A DNA stretch of 46,855 bases from Gemmatimonadota bacterium (GCA_039586795.1 JBDHJS010000029.1:1-46855), one strand, 5' to 3'; counted from the first letter of the stretch, positions 20,567 through 31,139 are shown. Notes: generated by a model not told the origin, from the letters alone. Numbers and translations: made by a program.

Positions 20567-21166
20567 TCACCACCCGAACACGTCATTCACAACCGACCAG
20601 CGCCGCCCCTGGGACTCGGCCGCGCCGCCGAGGATCCAGTGTTCGTAAAGCGTTTCGATCGTGCCGTCCGCACGCTTGATCTGGATGAACCGGTTGAGGG
20701 TCCGACGGAGCGCCTCGTCCGCCGCAACGGCTATGATGACAGGAACACGTACTCTGAAGCCCTCCGGGATGACGACGGAATATTCCGGATAGATCATCGT
20801 GTGGATGGCACCGGTTTCGGCTGTGGTCAGGAGCGCATCGAACTCGCGCGTGTCCCCGCGCAGATACTGCTCATCGGAAGGAATGGCGACGAGCTCGATC
20901 CCTGGAATCCTGTGCCGGCCAGTACGCACGAGCACCCCGCCCTCTACGTAGGCGATGCGTACCTCATCCATTCGTCGGAGTTGCGCAATAGATCCGAACT
21001 CGTCGGCGCGGTAGTCGGGCACGACCAGCGCCGCATGCATCTCGAGATAAGGATCAGATTCACGGTACACTTCAGCCTCGCGTACAAACGAACCCAGGCC
21101 ACCGATCGCGAGATCGAAATGGTCAGCTGTGAAGGCACTGTCGAGCGTTTCGGCGTCGTACGGCAC
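20567..21166 (-). pseudogene. 3' remnant of a transporter substrate-binding-domain protein (resembles the C-terminus of cation:dicarboxylate symporter-SBP fusions)
   Basis: Begins mid-domain (VPYDAETL..DLAIGG..SDPYLEMHAALVVPDYR) with no signal peptide or clear RBS and ends DGTIETLYEHWILG..RRWSVVNDVFGW. Joined directly to an unrelated 5' gene fragment. Confidence 0.7.
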
Positions 21167-21486
21167 CCGTCCTGACCTTTCAGGGCAAGACCGAGCGTCT
21201 GCATGCCACCCACTCGCATGACCGGTGTGAGGCCACCCGCAAAGGTCTGCAGGTCCAGAACCTCGACCTCAATGGCCGCGGTCCATAAGTCCCGGTAGTC
21301 GTCACCCAGCAGCCACTTCTGGCCACCGGGAGGATTAGCATAGTGTGGGCCGGCGGTGACGGTCGCAGTGCGACTCCGTGCTGTCGTATCAGCCTGGGCC
21401 ATGACGCTGGCCGGCAAGGCAATAAGCGACGCGCCCATCAGAATCGCCGCGCCAGCAAACACCCGGAGGTTAGGCACAATTGACAT
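21166..21486 (-). pseudogene. 5' remnant of a large secreted BamA/TamA-associated surface protein
   Basis: Signal peptide, then TAGPHY..WLLGDDYRDLWT..EVLDLQTFAGGLTPVMRVGGMQTLGLALKGQDG, the conserved start of much larger proteins. After GAC GGG (21171-21166) the frame becomes non-homologous and stops at 20944. Confidence 0.7.
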
Positions 21487-21713
21487 AGATTCGCTCGGCC
21501 CCAGACAGATGATCTTGGTCGGTAAGACCAGCTACGATGCCTCGTATACGCTCGTGATGCAACTGAGATCAGCCTCTGTTGCGCTCCCTAGCCGGTCCTT
21601 ATTCTTATGGCTCCCAAAGCTGAAGAATATCTGCCGACCCGAGCCGCGCCGGCCTCGGGTCGAATTGACATTGAGCCCTGAAATACAATCTCGCTCCGTC
21701 AGGAGGACGTGCG

Positions 21714-23249
21714 ATGAGGCGATTGCGGCCTTCAATGCTGTGTCTGACTCTGGTTCTTGCCGCTTGCAAGGTCGGCCCCGACTACGTCGAGCCGGAGGTC
21801 GAGGTCACCGACGAATGGTATGCGTCGGTCGAGGACGAGATGTCCTCGGACGAACCGGACATCGAGAAGTGGTGGGAAAACCTCGCCGACACCACACTCA
21901 CCAACCTGATTAAAGAGTCCGAGCTGGCCAATCTGGACCTGCGCATCGCGGTGGCGCGGGTTGCCGAGGTGCGGGCGCTGCGCGGAATTGCCAAGGGCGA
22001 TCTTTTCCCCGACCTGGTCCTCTCGGGCGCCTACTCGCGCACCAAGATCAGCGAGAACAGCCCGCTGGGAGAGGCGATCCAAGGCGCCGGCAGAGAATCG
22101 GCTCCCGTCGATGTGTGGGAAACCACCGCCAGCTCGTTCTGGGAGATCGACCTGTTCGGACGGATCCGGCGTGGTGTCGAGGCGGCCACGGCCGAGTTCG
22201 AGGCGAGCATCGAGGACTATCGCGACGTCCTGGTGTCGCTCTACGCCGAAGTCGCGTTTGGCTATGTGCAGGTTCGCTCACTGCAACGGCGGCTGGACTA
22301 CGCCAACCAGAACGTCGCGGCGCAGCGCGAGAGCCTGGAGCTGACGCGCGACCGCTTTCAAGCCGGGCTGACTTCGGCGCTCGACGTGGCGCAAGCGGAA
22401 CAGAACCTGGCGCAGACCGAGGCGACGATCCCGGCGTTGGAGGCGAGGCTGAACGGTTCGCTCAACACCCTGGCGGTCCTACTCGGCAAGCAACCCGGCG
22501 CGGTCCACGAACGACTCGAGGTCGGCGAGGGGACGATACCCCGGGAACCAACTGACATCCTGGTCGGGGTCCCGGCGGATATTCTGCGGCGGCGACCGGA
22601 CGTGAGGGGCGCCGAGCGGCGGCTAGCCGCGCAAACCGCCCGCATCGGTGTAGCAACAGCCGATCTCTACCCCACCTTCTCGCTCTCCGGGTTCGTACAG
22701 GCCGTAGCCACAACGTTCACCGGCCAGTTCGAGGAGGGAAGTCTCGGATGGTCTATCATCCCGGGCTTCCGCTGGGACCTGTTCAAGGGCGGCAAGATCC
22801 GCAACAACATCCGCGCCGAGGAAGCTCGGACCCAACAGGCGCTCTACGGATATCGACAGACCATCCTGCTCGCCTTTGAAGAGGTCGAGACGGCCATGGT
22901 CGCCTACGACCGCGAACGAGTGCGTCGCGCACGCCTCGAAGAGGCGGCCAGCGCCAGCGAGCGAGCGGTTGAGCTTGTGCGCACGCAGTACGTCTCGGGC
23001 CTGACGAATTTCCAGAATCTCCTGGACACGCAGCGATCTCTCTTCCAGCAGCAGGACAGACTCGCGGCAAGTGAAGGTCAGGTGATCATCAACTTGATCG
23101 CGCTGAATCGCGCTCTGGGTGGCGGTTGGTCACTGGACGAGGAAGCGCCGGACCGAATGAGCAGTGCGGAAGACGGAGCCAGTGAGCAAGGCTCGACTGA
23201 CGACTCACAATCTCCGTCGCAAGAGAATGAAGATGAAGGGAACAGATAG
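21714..23249 (+). CDS. RND efflux outer-membrane lipoprotein (OprM/NodT/TolC family)
   Basis: AGGAGG RBS, lipobox LAAC-KVGPDY, WWE..D..L, NLDLRIA, WEIDLFGRIRR, LRRRPDVRGAERRL and RALGGGW. Confidence 0.95.
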   Translation: MRRLRPSMLCLTLVLAACKVGPDYVEPEVEVTDEWYASVEDEMSSDEPDIEKWWENLADTTLTNLIKESELANLDLRIAVARVAEVRALRGIAKGDLFPDLVLSGAYSRTKISENSPLGEAIQGAGRESAPVDVWETTASSFWEIDLFGRIRRGVEAATAEFEASIEDYRDVLVSLYAEVAFGYVQVRSLQRRLDYANQNVAAQRESLELTRDRFQAGLTSALDVAQAEQNLAQTEATIPALEARLNGSLNTLAVLLGKQPGAVHERLEVGEGTIPREPTDILVGVPADILRRRPDVRGAERRLAAQTARIGVATADLYPTFSLSGFVQAVATTFTGQFEEGSLGWSIIPGFRWDLFKGGKIRNNIRAEEARTQQALYGYRQTILLAFEEVETAMVAYDRERVRRARLEEAASASERAVELVRTQYVSGLTNFQNLLDTQRSLFQQQDRLAASEGQVIINLIALNRALGGGWSLDEEAPDRMSSAEDGASEQGSTDDSQSPSQENEDEGNR

Positions 23250-24407
23250 ATGAGCAAGATCCAGTTCACAGGAGCGGTGCTGGTCGCCGCAGCGATCTCC
23301 AGCGCGTGTGGCGGCAGCGCGGCCGAAGGACCTCCCCCTCCCCAGGTCACGGTGACGAAGCCAGAGCGGCGCGATGTTCAGGGATATGCGGAATTCACAG
23401 GGAACACACGGGCGGTTGAGCACGCGGAAGTCCGGGCGCGAATCGCTGGGACGCTGGACGAAATGCTCTTCACGCCCTCCAGTTTCGTGAGTGCCGGCGA
23501 CGTGCTCTTCATTATCGAGCCCGAGCCCTACCAGGCGGCTTACGACGAGGCGGAGGCTCTGTTGGCTGCGGCCACGAGTGAGCTTGCACGGGCAGAGTCG
23601 GACCTGGAACGAATTCAAATGGCGATCCAGACCAACGCCGTCAGCCGGCAGGACCTGGACCGGGCACAGGCGACGCGCGACCAGGCCGAGGCCGGCATGA
23701 TGGGCGCCCAGGCCCGCCTCGATGACGCAACCATTAACCTCGGCTACACGCGCGTAACGACTCCTGTATCCGGGCAGGTGAGCCGCAACTACGTCGACCT
23801 CGGCAACCTGGTCGGCGCCGGTGAAGCCACGCTACTGACGACCGTGACCCGCATCGATCCGATCTTCGTCTACTTCGACATGCCCGAACAGGCCGTACTC
23901 CAGCTCGCCGCAGCACAGGACGCAGCGGTGACCGAAGAGCAGCGGTCACAACCTTGGCCGGTCCTCGTGGCAACCGCCACCGACACGGACTATCCCCACC
24001 AGGGTAGCATCGACTTCGTCGACAACACGGTGGACCCAGCGACCGGCACCATCGAGATCAGGGCTGTCATCGACAATTCCAACAACGCCCTTTTCCCCGG
24101 CCTGTTCGTACGTGTTCGCGTGCTGGGCAGGATTCGACCGGCCATCCTCGTACACGAGCGCGCGATCGGAGCGGACTTGGGCGGGAAGTATGTATTGGTT
24201 GTTGGCGAAGACAACGTCGTCGAACAGCGCTACGTGGTGTTGGGTCCGATCCAAGATGATGGAACGGTTGTCATCGAAGACGGTCTGGATGGCTCCGAAA
24301 GCTATATCGTGAACGGCATACTGCGCGCACGCCCCGGCTTTCCGGTCACGCCGCAGACCGAAGCCGAACTAACTCAGCAAGCGGGCGCCAGCGGGGAGGG
24401 TAACTGA
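23250..24407 (+). CDS. RND efflux membrane-fusion (periplasmic adaptor) protein
   Basis: Lipobox ISSAC, EVRARIAGTL, NLGYTRVTTPVSG, DPIFVYF, DNTVDPATGT and LFPGLFVRV. Confidence 0.95.
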   Translation: MSKIQFTGAVLVAAAISSACGGSAAEGPPPPQVTVTKPERRDVQGYAEFTGNTRAVEHAEVRARIAGTLDEMLFTPSSFVSAGDVLFIIEPEPYQAAYDEAEALLAAATSELARAESDLERIQMAIQTNAVSRQDLDRAQATRDQAEAGMMGAQARLDDATINLGYTRVTTPVSGQVSRNYVDLGNLVGAGEATLLTTVTRIDPIFVYFDMPEQAVLQLAAAQDAAVTEEQRSQPWPVLVATATDTDYPHQGSIDFVDNTVDPATGTIEIRAVIDNSNNALFPGLFVRVRVLGRIRPAILVHERAIGADLGGKYVLVVGEDNVVEQRYVVLGPIQDDGTVVIEDGLDGSESYIVNGILRARPGFPVTPQTEAELTQQAGASGEGN

Positions 24408-24409
24408 CG

Positions 24410-27400
24410 ATGGGTGCCTTCAGCTCGCTGTTCATCAATCGGCCGATCATGGCGATGGTCATCTCCATCGTGATCGTGCTCATGGGCGGCCTCTCGATTC
24501 CGCTGCTTCCCGTGGCGAGCATGCCGGACATCACGCCGCCGACAGTCAAGATCTCGACAAGCTATCCCGGCGCTAATGCGAACGTGGTCGAGGAAACCGT
24601 TACGGCGCCGATCGAGCAAGAGGTCAACGGCGTTGAAGCCATGCTCTACATGGCCTCGAAGAGCGGCAGTGATGGTAGCATGGACATCACTGTCACCTTC
24701 GCCATCGGGACCGATCCCGATATGTCGACGGTGCTCACCCAGAACCGGGTGAACATAGCCATGCCGGTGCTGCCGGAGGATGTCACGCGTCAGGGTGTCA
24801 AAGTGGAGAAGCAGTCCACGTCGATGGTCATGGTGGTGGCGCTTGCTTCCCCCGACGGACGCTACGACGACGTGTTCCTCAGCAACTACTCCACGACTCA
24901 GATAAAGGACGTCCTGGCTCGCATCAACGGCGTCGGTGAAGTGAAAGTGTTTGGCGCCAAGGACTTCGGCATGCGGGTCTGGATCGATCCGGCGAAGCTC
25001 AGGTCACGCGATCTGACGTCCGACGAGGTGATCGGCGCGCTGCGCGAGCAGAACGTCCAGGTCGCCGCGGGCCAGATCGGCGCGCCGCCTACCGAGACGG
25101 GGCTGAATTTTCAGTACAACATCAACACGCTGGGACGGTTGTATGACGTTGAGCAGTTCGAGAACATCATCCTGAAGGTAGGCGAAGATGGTCAGTTGGT
25201 GCGCCTGAGGGATGTCGCCCGTACCGAGCTGGGCTCGCAGAACTACAGTTGGTACGCCCAGCTGGACGACGCTCCGGCCAGCATTCTCGGCATCTATCAG
25301 TTGCCCGGTTCCAACGCCGTCGACGTGGCCGCACAGGTCGTGACGGCGATGGACGAGATGTCGCTGCGGTTTCCTCAAGGCCTCGAGTACACCGTCCCCT
25401 ACGACACGACCCGGTACATCAAGCAATCGATCAAAGAGGTGATCGTCACGCTGCTACAGGCGCTGGCGCTGGTCATCCTGGTCGTCTTCATCTTTCTACA
25501 AGACTTCCGAACGACACTGATCCCGACGATCGCCATCCCGGTTTCGTTGATCGGGACCTTTGCGGTGATGCTTGCCGCCGGCCTCTCGATCAACAACCTG
25601 AGTTTGTTCGGTTTGATCCTCGCAATAGGGATCGTCGTGGACGATGCCATCATGGTAGTGGAGAACACGACGCGTTTGATGATCGATGAAGGGCTGCCAC
25701 CCAAAGAAGCGGCCAGCAAATCGATGCACCAGGTGGGCGGCGCGGTAGTCGCCACGACGCTCGTGCTGTTGGCCGTGTTCATCCCCACGATGGTTATGCC
25801 TGGGCTGACCGGCCGGCTCTATCGCCAATTCGCAACGACAATCTCGGTAGCAACGGTTTTCTCGTCGGTCAATGCGCTCACCCTCACACCGGCGCTTTGC
25901 GGCTTGCTGCTGCGGCCGCCGACGGACGAGAAGAAAAAGGGCTGGTTCCTCACGCGTCTGCTGGACCGGTTCTTCGCTTGGTATAACAAGTGGTTCGACC
26001 GCACCAGCACCGGTTATAACAACATCGTGTCCCGCATCGTGCGAAAGTCCGCTTTCGCGATGGGCGCCTATGCCATCGTGTTCGTTCTTATGCTGCTCGG
26101 GTTCAAAGCGATGCCCGGTGGCTTCGTGCCCGGCGAAGATGAGGGCTACTTCTTCGTCGACGTCGAACTGCCGGCAGGCGCCTCGCTGGAGCGCAGCAGT
26201 GCCATCATGGATCGTGTGAACGAGATCTTCATGGGGATGGAGGGCGTCCAGAACGTAATCACGATCGGTGGCTATTCGCTGCTCAACGGCGTCGCGTCGA
26301 CCAACACCGGATTCTCAATCGTCTCACTGGATCATTGGGACGACCGGCCCGGCTCCGGTTCCAGCTTGTGGGGGCTAATGCGGCGTGGCCAACCGCAGCT
26401 CGCGCAAATCCGCGAGGCAAAGGCCTTCGCGTTTCCACCGCCCCCCATCCAGGGGCTGGGCGCCGCAGGCGGCTTCGAGATGCAGCTTCAGGACAAGGGC
26501 GGCATTGGGCTCATTCAGTTGGAAACCTTCGCCAACGACCTCGTCGCCGCGGGTAACGCGAGTCCGGTTACGACGCGCCTGAACCAGAGCTTCCGGGCCA
26601 GCGTGCCGCAGCTGTTCGCAGAGGTGGACCGAGAGAAGGTGAAGTCGGTAGGTGTCCCGCTGCAGTCGGTTTTCAACACGCTGCAGGCGAATCTGGGTTC
26701 AGCTTACGTCAACGACTTCAACCTGTTCGGCCGAACCTGGAAGGTCATGGTGCAGGCGGACCAGCAGTACCGGGCTCGCGCCGATAACATTCAACGCCTC
26801 GAAGTCAGGAACGCGGACGGCGAGATGATCCCTATCGGAGCCCTCGCGTCAGTGCGAGATACAGTGGGCCCGCAGACGATCAGCCGCTTCAACCTTTTTC
26901 GTTCGGCCACACTGACTGGTGGACCCGCTGCGGGTTTTTCCGAGGGACAGGCGACGAATGAGATCGAGCGGCTGGCTCGACAGGTTCTTCCACCGCAGAT
27001 GGATTACGAATGGTCGGGCGTGACATATCAGCAGAAGGAAGCGGGTAATCTGGCGCCGCTCATTTTCTCGCTGGCCATCATTTTCGCTTTCTTGTTCTTG
27101 GCGGCCCAGTACGAGAGCTGGGCGAATCCGATCTCGGTGATGCTCTCGGTGCCGATCGCGATCCTCGGGGCGGCGGCCCTGGTCTTGTTCCGGGGCCTCT
27201 TCCAGGCGATGGAGAATAACGTCTATACCCAGATCGGGATCGTTCTGCTGATCGCGCTATCGGCGAAGACGGCGATTCTGATCGTGGAGTTTGCCAAGCA
27301 GCAACACGAGCAGGAAGGAAAGGGGCTCGTCGAGGCGGCGATCGAGGCGGCGCGCTTGCGGTTCCGGCCGATTCTGATGACGACGTTTTCGTTCATTCTG

Positions 27401-27607
27401 GGTATGATTCCGTTGGTAATAGCGACGGGGGCGGGGGCTCGGAGCCGGGTTTCGCTGGGAACTGCGGTGTTTGGTGGGATGCTGATTTATACGATACTGG
27501 GCGTGTTCTTCATTCCCGTCCTTTACGTTGTCATCGAGCAGGTCTGGACGAAGCTGTTTCGGAGGAAGGCTAGGAGCGAGGCCGCCGTCGCGACAGCTGA
27601 AGTGTAG
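24410..27607 (+). CDS. RND efflux permease, HAE1 family (AcrB/MexF/BepE-like)
   Basis: FINRPIMA, PDITPPTV, APIEQEVNGVE, GIVVDDAIMVVEN, ALTLTPALC, AKTAILIVEFA and RFRPILMT. Confidence 0.97.
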   Translation: MGAFSSLFINRPIMAMVISIVIVLMGGLSIPLLPVASMPDITPPTVKISTSYPGANANVVEETVTAPIEQEVNGVEAMLYMASKSGSDGSMDITVTFAIGTDPDMSTVLTQNRVNIAMPVLPEDVTRQGVKVEKQSTSMVMVVALASPDGRYDDVFLSNYSTTQIKDVLARINGVGEVKVFGAKDFGMRVWIDPAKLRSRDLTSDEVIGALREQNVQVAAGQIGAPPTETGLNFQYNINTLGRLYDVEQFENIILKVGEDGQLVRLRDVARTELGSQNYSWYAQLDDAPASILGIYQLPGSNAVDVAAQVVTAMDEMSLRFPQGLEYTVPYDTTRYIKQSIKEVIVTLLQALALVILVVFIFLQDFRTTLIPTIAIPVSLIGTFAVMLAAGLSINNLSLFGLILAIGIVVDDAIMVVENTTRLMIDEGLPPKEAASKSMHQVGGAVVATTLVLLAVFIPTMVMPGLTGRLYRQFATTISVATVFSSVNALTLTPALCGLLLRPPTDEKKKGWFLTRLLDRFFAWYNKWFDRTSTGYNNIVSRIVRKSAFAMGAYAIVFVLMLLGFKAMPGGFVPGEDEGYFFVDVELPAGASLERSSAIMDRVNEIFMGMEGVQNVITIGGYSLLNGVASTNTGFSIVSLDHWDDRPGSGSSLWGLMRRGQPQLAQIREAKAFAFPPPPIQGLGAAGGFEMQLQDKGGIGLIQLETFANDLVAAGNASPVTTRLNQSFRASVPQLFAEVDREKVKSVGVPLQSVFNTLQANLGSAYVNDFNLFGRTWKVMVQADQQYRARADNIQRLEVRNADGEMIPIGALASVRDTVGPQTISRFNLFRSATLTGGPAAGFSEGQATNEIERLARQVLPPQMDYEWSGVTYQQKEAGNLAPLIFSLAIIFAFLFLAAQYESWANPISVMLSVPIAILGAAALVLFRGLFQAMENNVYTQIGIVLLIALSAKTAILIVEFAKQQHEQEGKGLVEAAIEAARLRFRPILMTTFSFILGMIPLVIATGAGARSRVSLGTAVFGGMLIYTILGVFFIPVLYVVIEQVWTKLFRRKARSEAAVATAEV

Positions 27608-27621
27608 AAACAGCCGAGCCG

Positions 27622-28575
27622 TCAGGCCCTCCTAATTATCGTCCCGGCTTCCCCCCTCGCCATCGCCGCAAGGTCAGCCAACGCCCCGATCGCCGCCCAG
27701 CGATGGGGGCTATCGGCGAAGGCACACGCCGCTTCGACCTTAGGGCCCATCGAACCCGCGGTGAAATCGTAGCCCGCCATCTCCTCCGGCGTCGCGTGGC
27801 GGATCAACCGGGCGTCGGGAGTCCCCCAATCCAGATAAACCCCGTCAACATCCGTCGCCATGATCAGGACATCTGCTTCGAGCTCCGTCGCCAGCAGCGC
27901 GCTCGCCCGGTCCTTGTCGATCACAACCTGGGCCCCCTCCAGCGTCCCATCCTCACGGTACATGGTGGGGATCCCCCCTCCCCCGGTGCAGATGACGATG
28001 GAGCCACGATCGAGCAGCCATCTAATAGGACGGATCTCGAACACACGCTTCGGTAGCGGCGAGGGGACGACGCGCCGCCAACCGTCGCCGTCTGGCGCGA
28101 TCGCCCAGCCGCGCTCAGCCGCAAGACGCTTCGCTTCATCTTCCGTGTACAGTGGTCCGATCGGCTTGGTGGGATTCTCGAACGCCGGGTCATTGCGGTC
28201 CACCTCGATCATCGTCAGGATCGTCGCAAACGGCTGCTCGAACGGAAGGAGATTGCCCAGCTCCTGCTCGATCATGTAGCCGATCATCCCCTCCGTCTGC
28301 GCGCCCAGAACATCCAAGGGATAGGGCTCGACCTGATCGAACGATGCCGCCTGCAGAGCTAGCAATCCGACCTGCGGACCATTGCCGTGCGTGATGGCGA
28401 GCTGATGCTCGAGGGCGATAGGGGCCAGCGCCTGCGCTGCGATCCGAACGTTCTCGCGCTGGTTCTCCGCCGTCATCGCCTCGCCACGACGCAAAAGCGC
28501 GTTGCCTCCCAGCGCCACGACGATCCTCATGCGGCCGCCCAGGTCAAGCTCATCGTAGGGATGCGCGTGCAACGT
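27622..28575 (-). CDS. arcC: Carbamate kinase
   Basis: [53 protein letters not shown] and [10 protein letters not shown]. Start uncertain (28590 GTG, 28575 or 28530 ATG). Confidence 0.95.
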   Translation of the reverse strand, partial: TLHAHPYDELDLGGRMRIVVALGGNALLRRGEAMTAENQRENVRIAAQALAPIALEHQLAITHGNGPQVGLLALQAASFDQVEPYPLDVLGAQTEGMIGYMIEQELGNLLPFEQPFATILTMIEVDRNDPAFENPTKPIGPLYTEDEAKRLAAERGWAIAPDGDGWRRVVPSPLPKRVFEIRPIRWLLDRGSIVICTGGGGIPTMYREDGTLEGAQVVIDKDRASALLATELEADVLIMATDVDGVYLDWGTPDARLIRHATPEEMAGYDFTAGSMGPKVEAACAFADSPHRWAAIGALADLAAMARGEAGTIIRRA

Positions 28576-28582
28576 CATACCG

Positions 28583-29584
28583 TCAGTCACCCAGCGTGGC
28601 GATCATGATCGCCTTGATGGAGTGCATGCGATTCTCGGCCTGGTCGAAGACGATCGAGTTCTTGGACTCGAACACGTCCTCGGTCATCTCCATTCCGTCC
28701 AGTCCGTACTTCTGAAAGATCTCTTCGCCGACGGAGGTCTCGCGGTTGTGGAACGCTGGTAGACAATGAAGCAGTCCCACGTTGGGCACGCCCGTCTTGG
28801 CAACGGCCTGGCTGTTGATCTGATACGGCCTGAGCAGTTCGATCCGCTCCGCCCACTTCTCCGCCGCCTCGCCCATGGAGACCCAAACGTCGGTGTACAG
28901 GAAGTCGGCGCCTTTCACACCCTCGTCAACATCTTCAGTGACCGTTATGCGAGCGCCCGTCTCTTCCGCCAGCTTCCGGCACCGCTCCACGAGGCCCGCC
29001 TCCGGCCACAACGACTCAGGACCGGCCAGCCGGACGTCCATCCCCAACTTGGCGCCACAAACGAGTAACGAGTTCGCCACGTTGTTTCGGGTGTCTCCCA
29101 AGTAGCAAAACGCGATCGCGCCCAGCTCCTTTCCACAGTGCTCCAGCATCGTCATGACGTCGGCGATCGCCTGGGTGGGGTGCCATTCGTCGGTCAGACC
29201 GTTCCAGACGGGAACGCCTGCGTAGGCGCCCAGCTCTTCAACTCGCTCCTGGCCGAAGCCTCTATACTCGATACCATCGTACATGCGACCGAGAACCCGG
29301 GCGGTGTCCTTCATCGATTCCTTGTGTCCGATCTGCGAACCGGTGGGTCCCAGGTAAGTCACGTGAGCGCCTTGGTCGTAGGCCGCGACCTCGAACGCGC
29401 AGCGCGTCCGTGTGGATGTCTTCTCGAAGATGAGCGCGATATTCTTCCCCTTGAGGCGCTGCTCCTCGGTTCCCGCATACTTCGCTGCCTTTACGGCCTC
29501 GGACAGCTTCAGCAGATGGCGAATTTCGGCCGGGCTGTAGTCTTCCAGCTTGAGGAAACTCCGCCCTCTGAGGTCGATCGTCAT
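28583..29584 (-). CDS. arcB: Ornithine carbamoyltransferase (catabolic type by context)
   Basis: AAGGAG RBS before ATG 29584; [46 protein letters not shown] and FDQAENR. Lies immediately upstream of arcC. Confidence 0.95.
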   Translation of the reverse strand: MTIDLRGRSFLKLEDYSPAEIRHLLKLSEAVKAAKYAGTEEQRLKGKNIALIFEKTSTRTRCAFEVAAYDQGAHVTYLGPTGSQIGHKESMKDTARVLGRMYDGIEYRGFGQERVEELGAYAGVPVWNGLTDEWHPTQAIADVMTMLEHCGKELGAIAFCYLGDTRNNVANSLLVCGAKLGMDVRLAGPESLWPEAGLVERCRKLAEETGARITVTEDVDEGVKGADFLYTDVWVSMGEAAEKWAERIELLRPYQINSQAVAKTGVPNVGLLHCLPAFHNRETSVGEEIFQKYGLDGMEMTEDVFESKNSIVFDQAENRMHSIKAIMIATLGD

Positions 29585-29702
29585 ACTGGCAAACTCCTTG
29601 TCGTCTATAGGTGCCACGGCAGCCCGAACTTAAGTGACATCCGGCTCGACGGGAAAGGGCCCTTCGCTTGTGCGGCACGGCGGAGAGCCTAGCTTGTGGC
29701 GC

Positions 29703-30380
29703 ATGAAGACACCATTGCAGAAACGGTTCGGCGGCCTCTACGCCTCGTTGTTCTTCGCGCTCCTTCTGCTCCTCGTGCTCTACCCTTATTTCGGGGGCGG
29801 GACAACGCGTACCGTCATATTCGTGGCGATCGTGCTGGCAACTCACGCCGCGGCCGTCTACGCAGCCAGTGGTCGACGCCGGACCCTCGTCATCAGCCTG
29901 GTACTCATGGGGCCAGCCGTTCTCGGAGCGCTAGACAACATCGTCGGCGTTACGATTATCCACCCTACGTTGGGGTCCCTTTCCGCCGCCGCCTTCTATA
30001 TGTACACACTCGTCATCATAGCTTGGGACGTCTTCACCCATGAAAAGGTCACGGAGAACACGCTGTTCGGCGCCGCCTGCATCTACTTGCTCGTCGGCTT
30101 CGCCTTTACCTTCCTCTACTACCTGGTCGAGAAGTTGAACCCGGGCGCTTTCGACACGGCCTCGGCGGCGCCGGCGGACTGGCCGACCTTCCTTTACTAC
30201 AGCTTTGTCACGATGACCACCCTGGGCTACGGCGAGGTCAGGCCGCTGAGCGATCCGGCGCGCTCGCTGGCGATCGTGGAGGCCACTTTCGGCGTTCTGT
30301 TCACCGCCATCCTGGTCGCACGGCTGATCGGGCTATACCAGCCGGGACGAGCCCCTGGGGACGATCAGACGGCGGGTTGA
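29703..30380 (+). CDS. Potassium channel family protein (Ion_trans_2 pore)
   Basis: Several TM helices and pore segment YYSFVTMTTLGYGEVRP..ARSLAIVEA. Start ATG 29703 assumed. Confidence 0.85.
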   Translation: MKTPLQKRFGGLYASLFFALLLLLVLYPYFGGGTTRTVIFVAIVLATHAAAVYAASGRRRTLVISLVLMGPAVLGALDNIVGVTIIHPTLGSLSAAAFYMYTLVIIAWDVFTHEKVTENTLFGAACIYLLVGFAFTFLYYLVEKLNPGAFDTASAAPADWPTFLYYSFVTMTTLGYGEVRPLSDPARSLAIVEATFGVLFTAILVARLIGLYQPGRAPGDDQTAG

Positions 30381-30464
30381 TCCGCGATCTGTACCCTGAA
30401 ACGAGCCGGTTATATATTGCGCCTGCACATCGAGACAGGACGTACTCCAAAGGGGAAAGACCAG

Positions 30465-31022
30465 ATGAATCGCATGCAGCGAATTCTCGCATTGACCTTC
30501 GGGATCGGGCTGGTCGCCAGCCTTTCCGCTTGCTCGTCGGTTTCGTACAACCACGATTTCGACCCGACCGTCAACTTCGGCGGATTTCAAACCTACGCCT
30601 GGATCCAGCCGGCCGATGATCAGGCCCAGCGGTTTCTAAGCCCGTTGGTCGAGCGCCGCATCATCGCCGCCATCGACTCGGAGCTGGCCGCCAAGGGCTT
30701 CCAGAAGGCGACCACCGGCCGCCCCGACTTCCTGGTGAACACCTACGGCGCGACCCAGGAGAAGATCGACGTCAACACGTACTACTCCGGTTGGGGCTAC
30801 TACGGGTGGTATGGCGGCACTTCGGTCGACGTGCGGCAGTGGACGCAGGGTACCCTGATCATCGACATCATCGAGTTCAGCGAGAAGGACCTTGCTTGGC
30901 GGGGCTACGCCCAGGCCGCGGTAGACGACGTGAGCCGGATGCAGCCGGAAGAGATCACCCGGCGCGTGAATGAGGTCGTCAAGAACATATTGAAGGATTT
31001 CCCACCATCTAGTGGGAACTAG
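30465..31022 (+). CDS. DUF4136 family lipoprotein
   Basis: Lipobox LSAC, DFDPTVNF..FQTYAW, L..KGF..PDFLV, a Gly/Tyr-rich loop and GTLIIDII..LAWRG. Confidence 0.85.
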   Translation: MNRMQRILALTFGIGLVASLSACSSVSYNHDFDPTVNFGGFQTYAWIQPADDQAQRFLSPLVERRIIAAIDSELAAKGFQKATTGRPDFLVNTYGATQEKIDVNTYYSGWGYYGWYGGTSVDVRQWTQGTLIIDIIEFSEKDLAWRGYAQAAVDDVSRMQPEEITRRVNEVVKNILKDFPPSSGN

Positions 31023-31047
31023 CTCGGCAAAAGAGGTAGTATAGTCG

Positions 31048-31076
31048 AAGAGGGGCCGGTCCATCGGCCCCTTTTT
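31048..31076 (+). terminator. Rho-independent terminator
   Basis: AAGAGGGGCCG-GTCCAT-CGGCCCCTTTTT. Confidence 0.85.
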
Positions 31077-31110
31077 CGTTAGGTTCCGGGCCGTCCGAGA
31101 CGTTTTGTCG

Positions 31111-31139
31111 TTGCGGTGCAAGTCCAATGTTTCTATATT
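31111..31139 (+). promoter_or_regulatory. Putative sigma-70 promoter for the GGDEF-NTPase gene
   Basis: TTGCGG-N17-TATATT. Confidence 0.45.

Noticed and set aside
20567..21486. Programmed frameshift producing one protein from the two overlapping ORFs
   Set aside because: No slippery heptamer at the junction, and each half is a truncated piece of a different, much larger family. A deletion or chimera fits better.
21635..21689. Inverted repeat CGACCCGAG..CTCGGGTCG and TTGACA..TACAAT as the RND operator/promoter
   Set aside because: The hexamers are only 13 bp apart and no regulator gene is adjacent, so support is too weak.
30210..30240. Channel filter TLGYGE instead of TVGYGD as altered selectivity
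   Set aside because: Conservative variants of this kind are common in prokaryotic Ion_trans_2 proteins.
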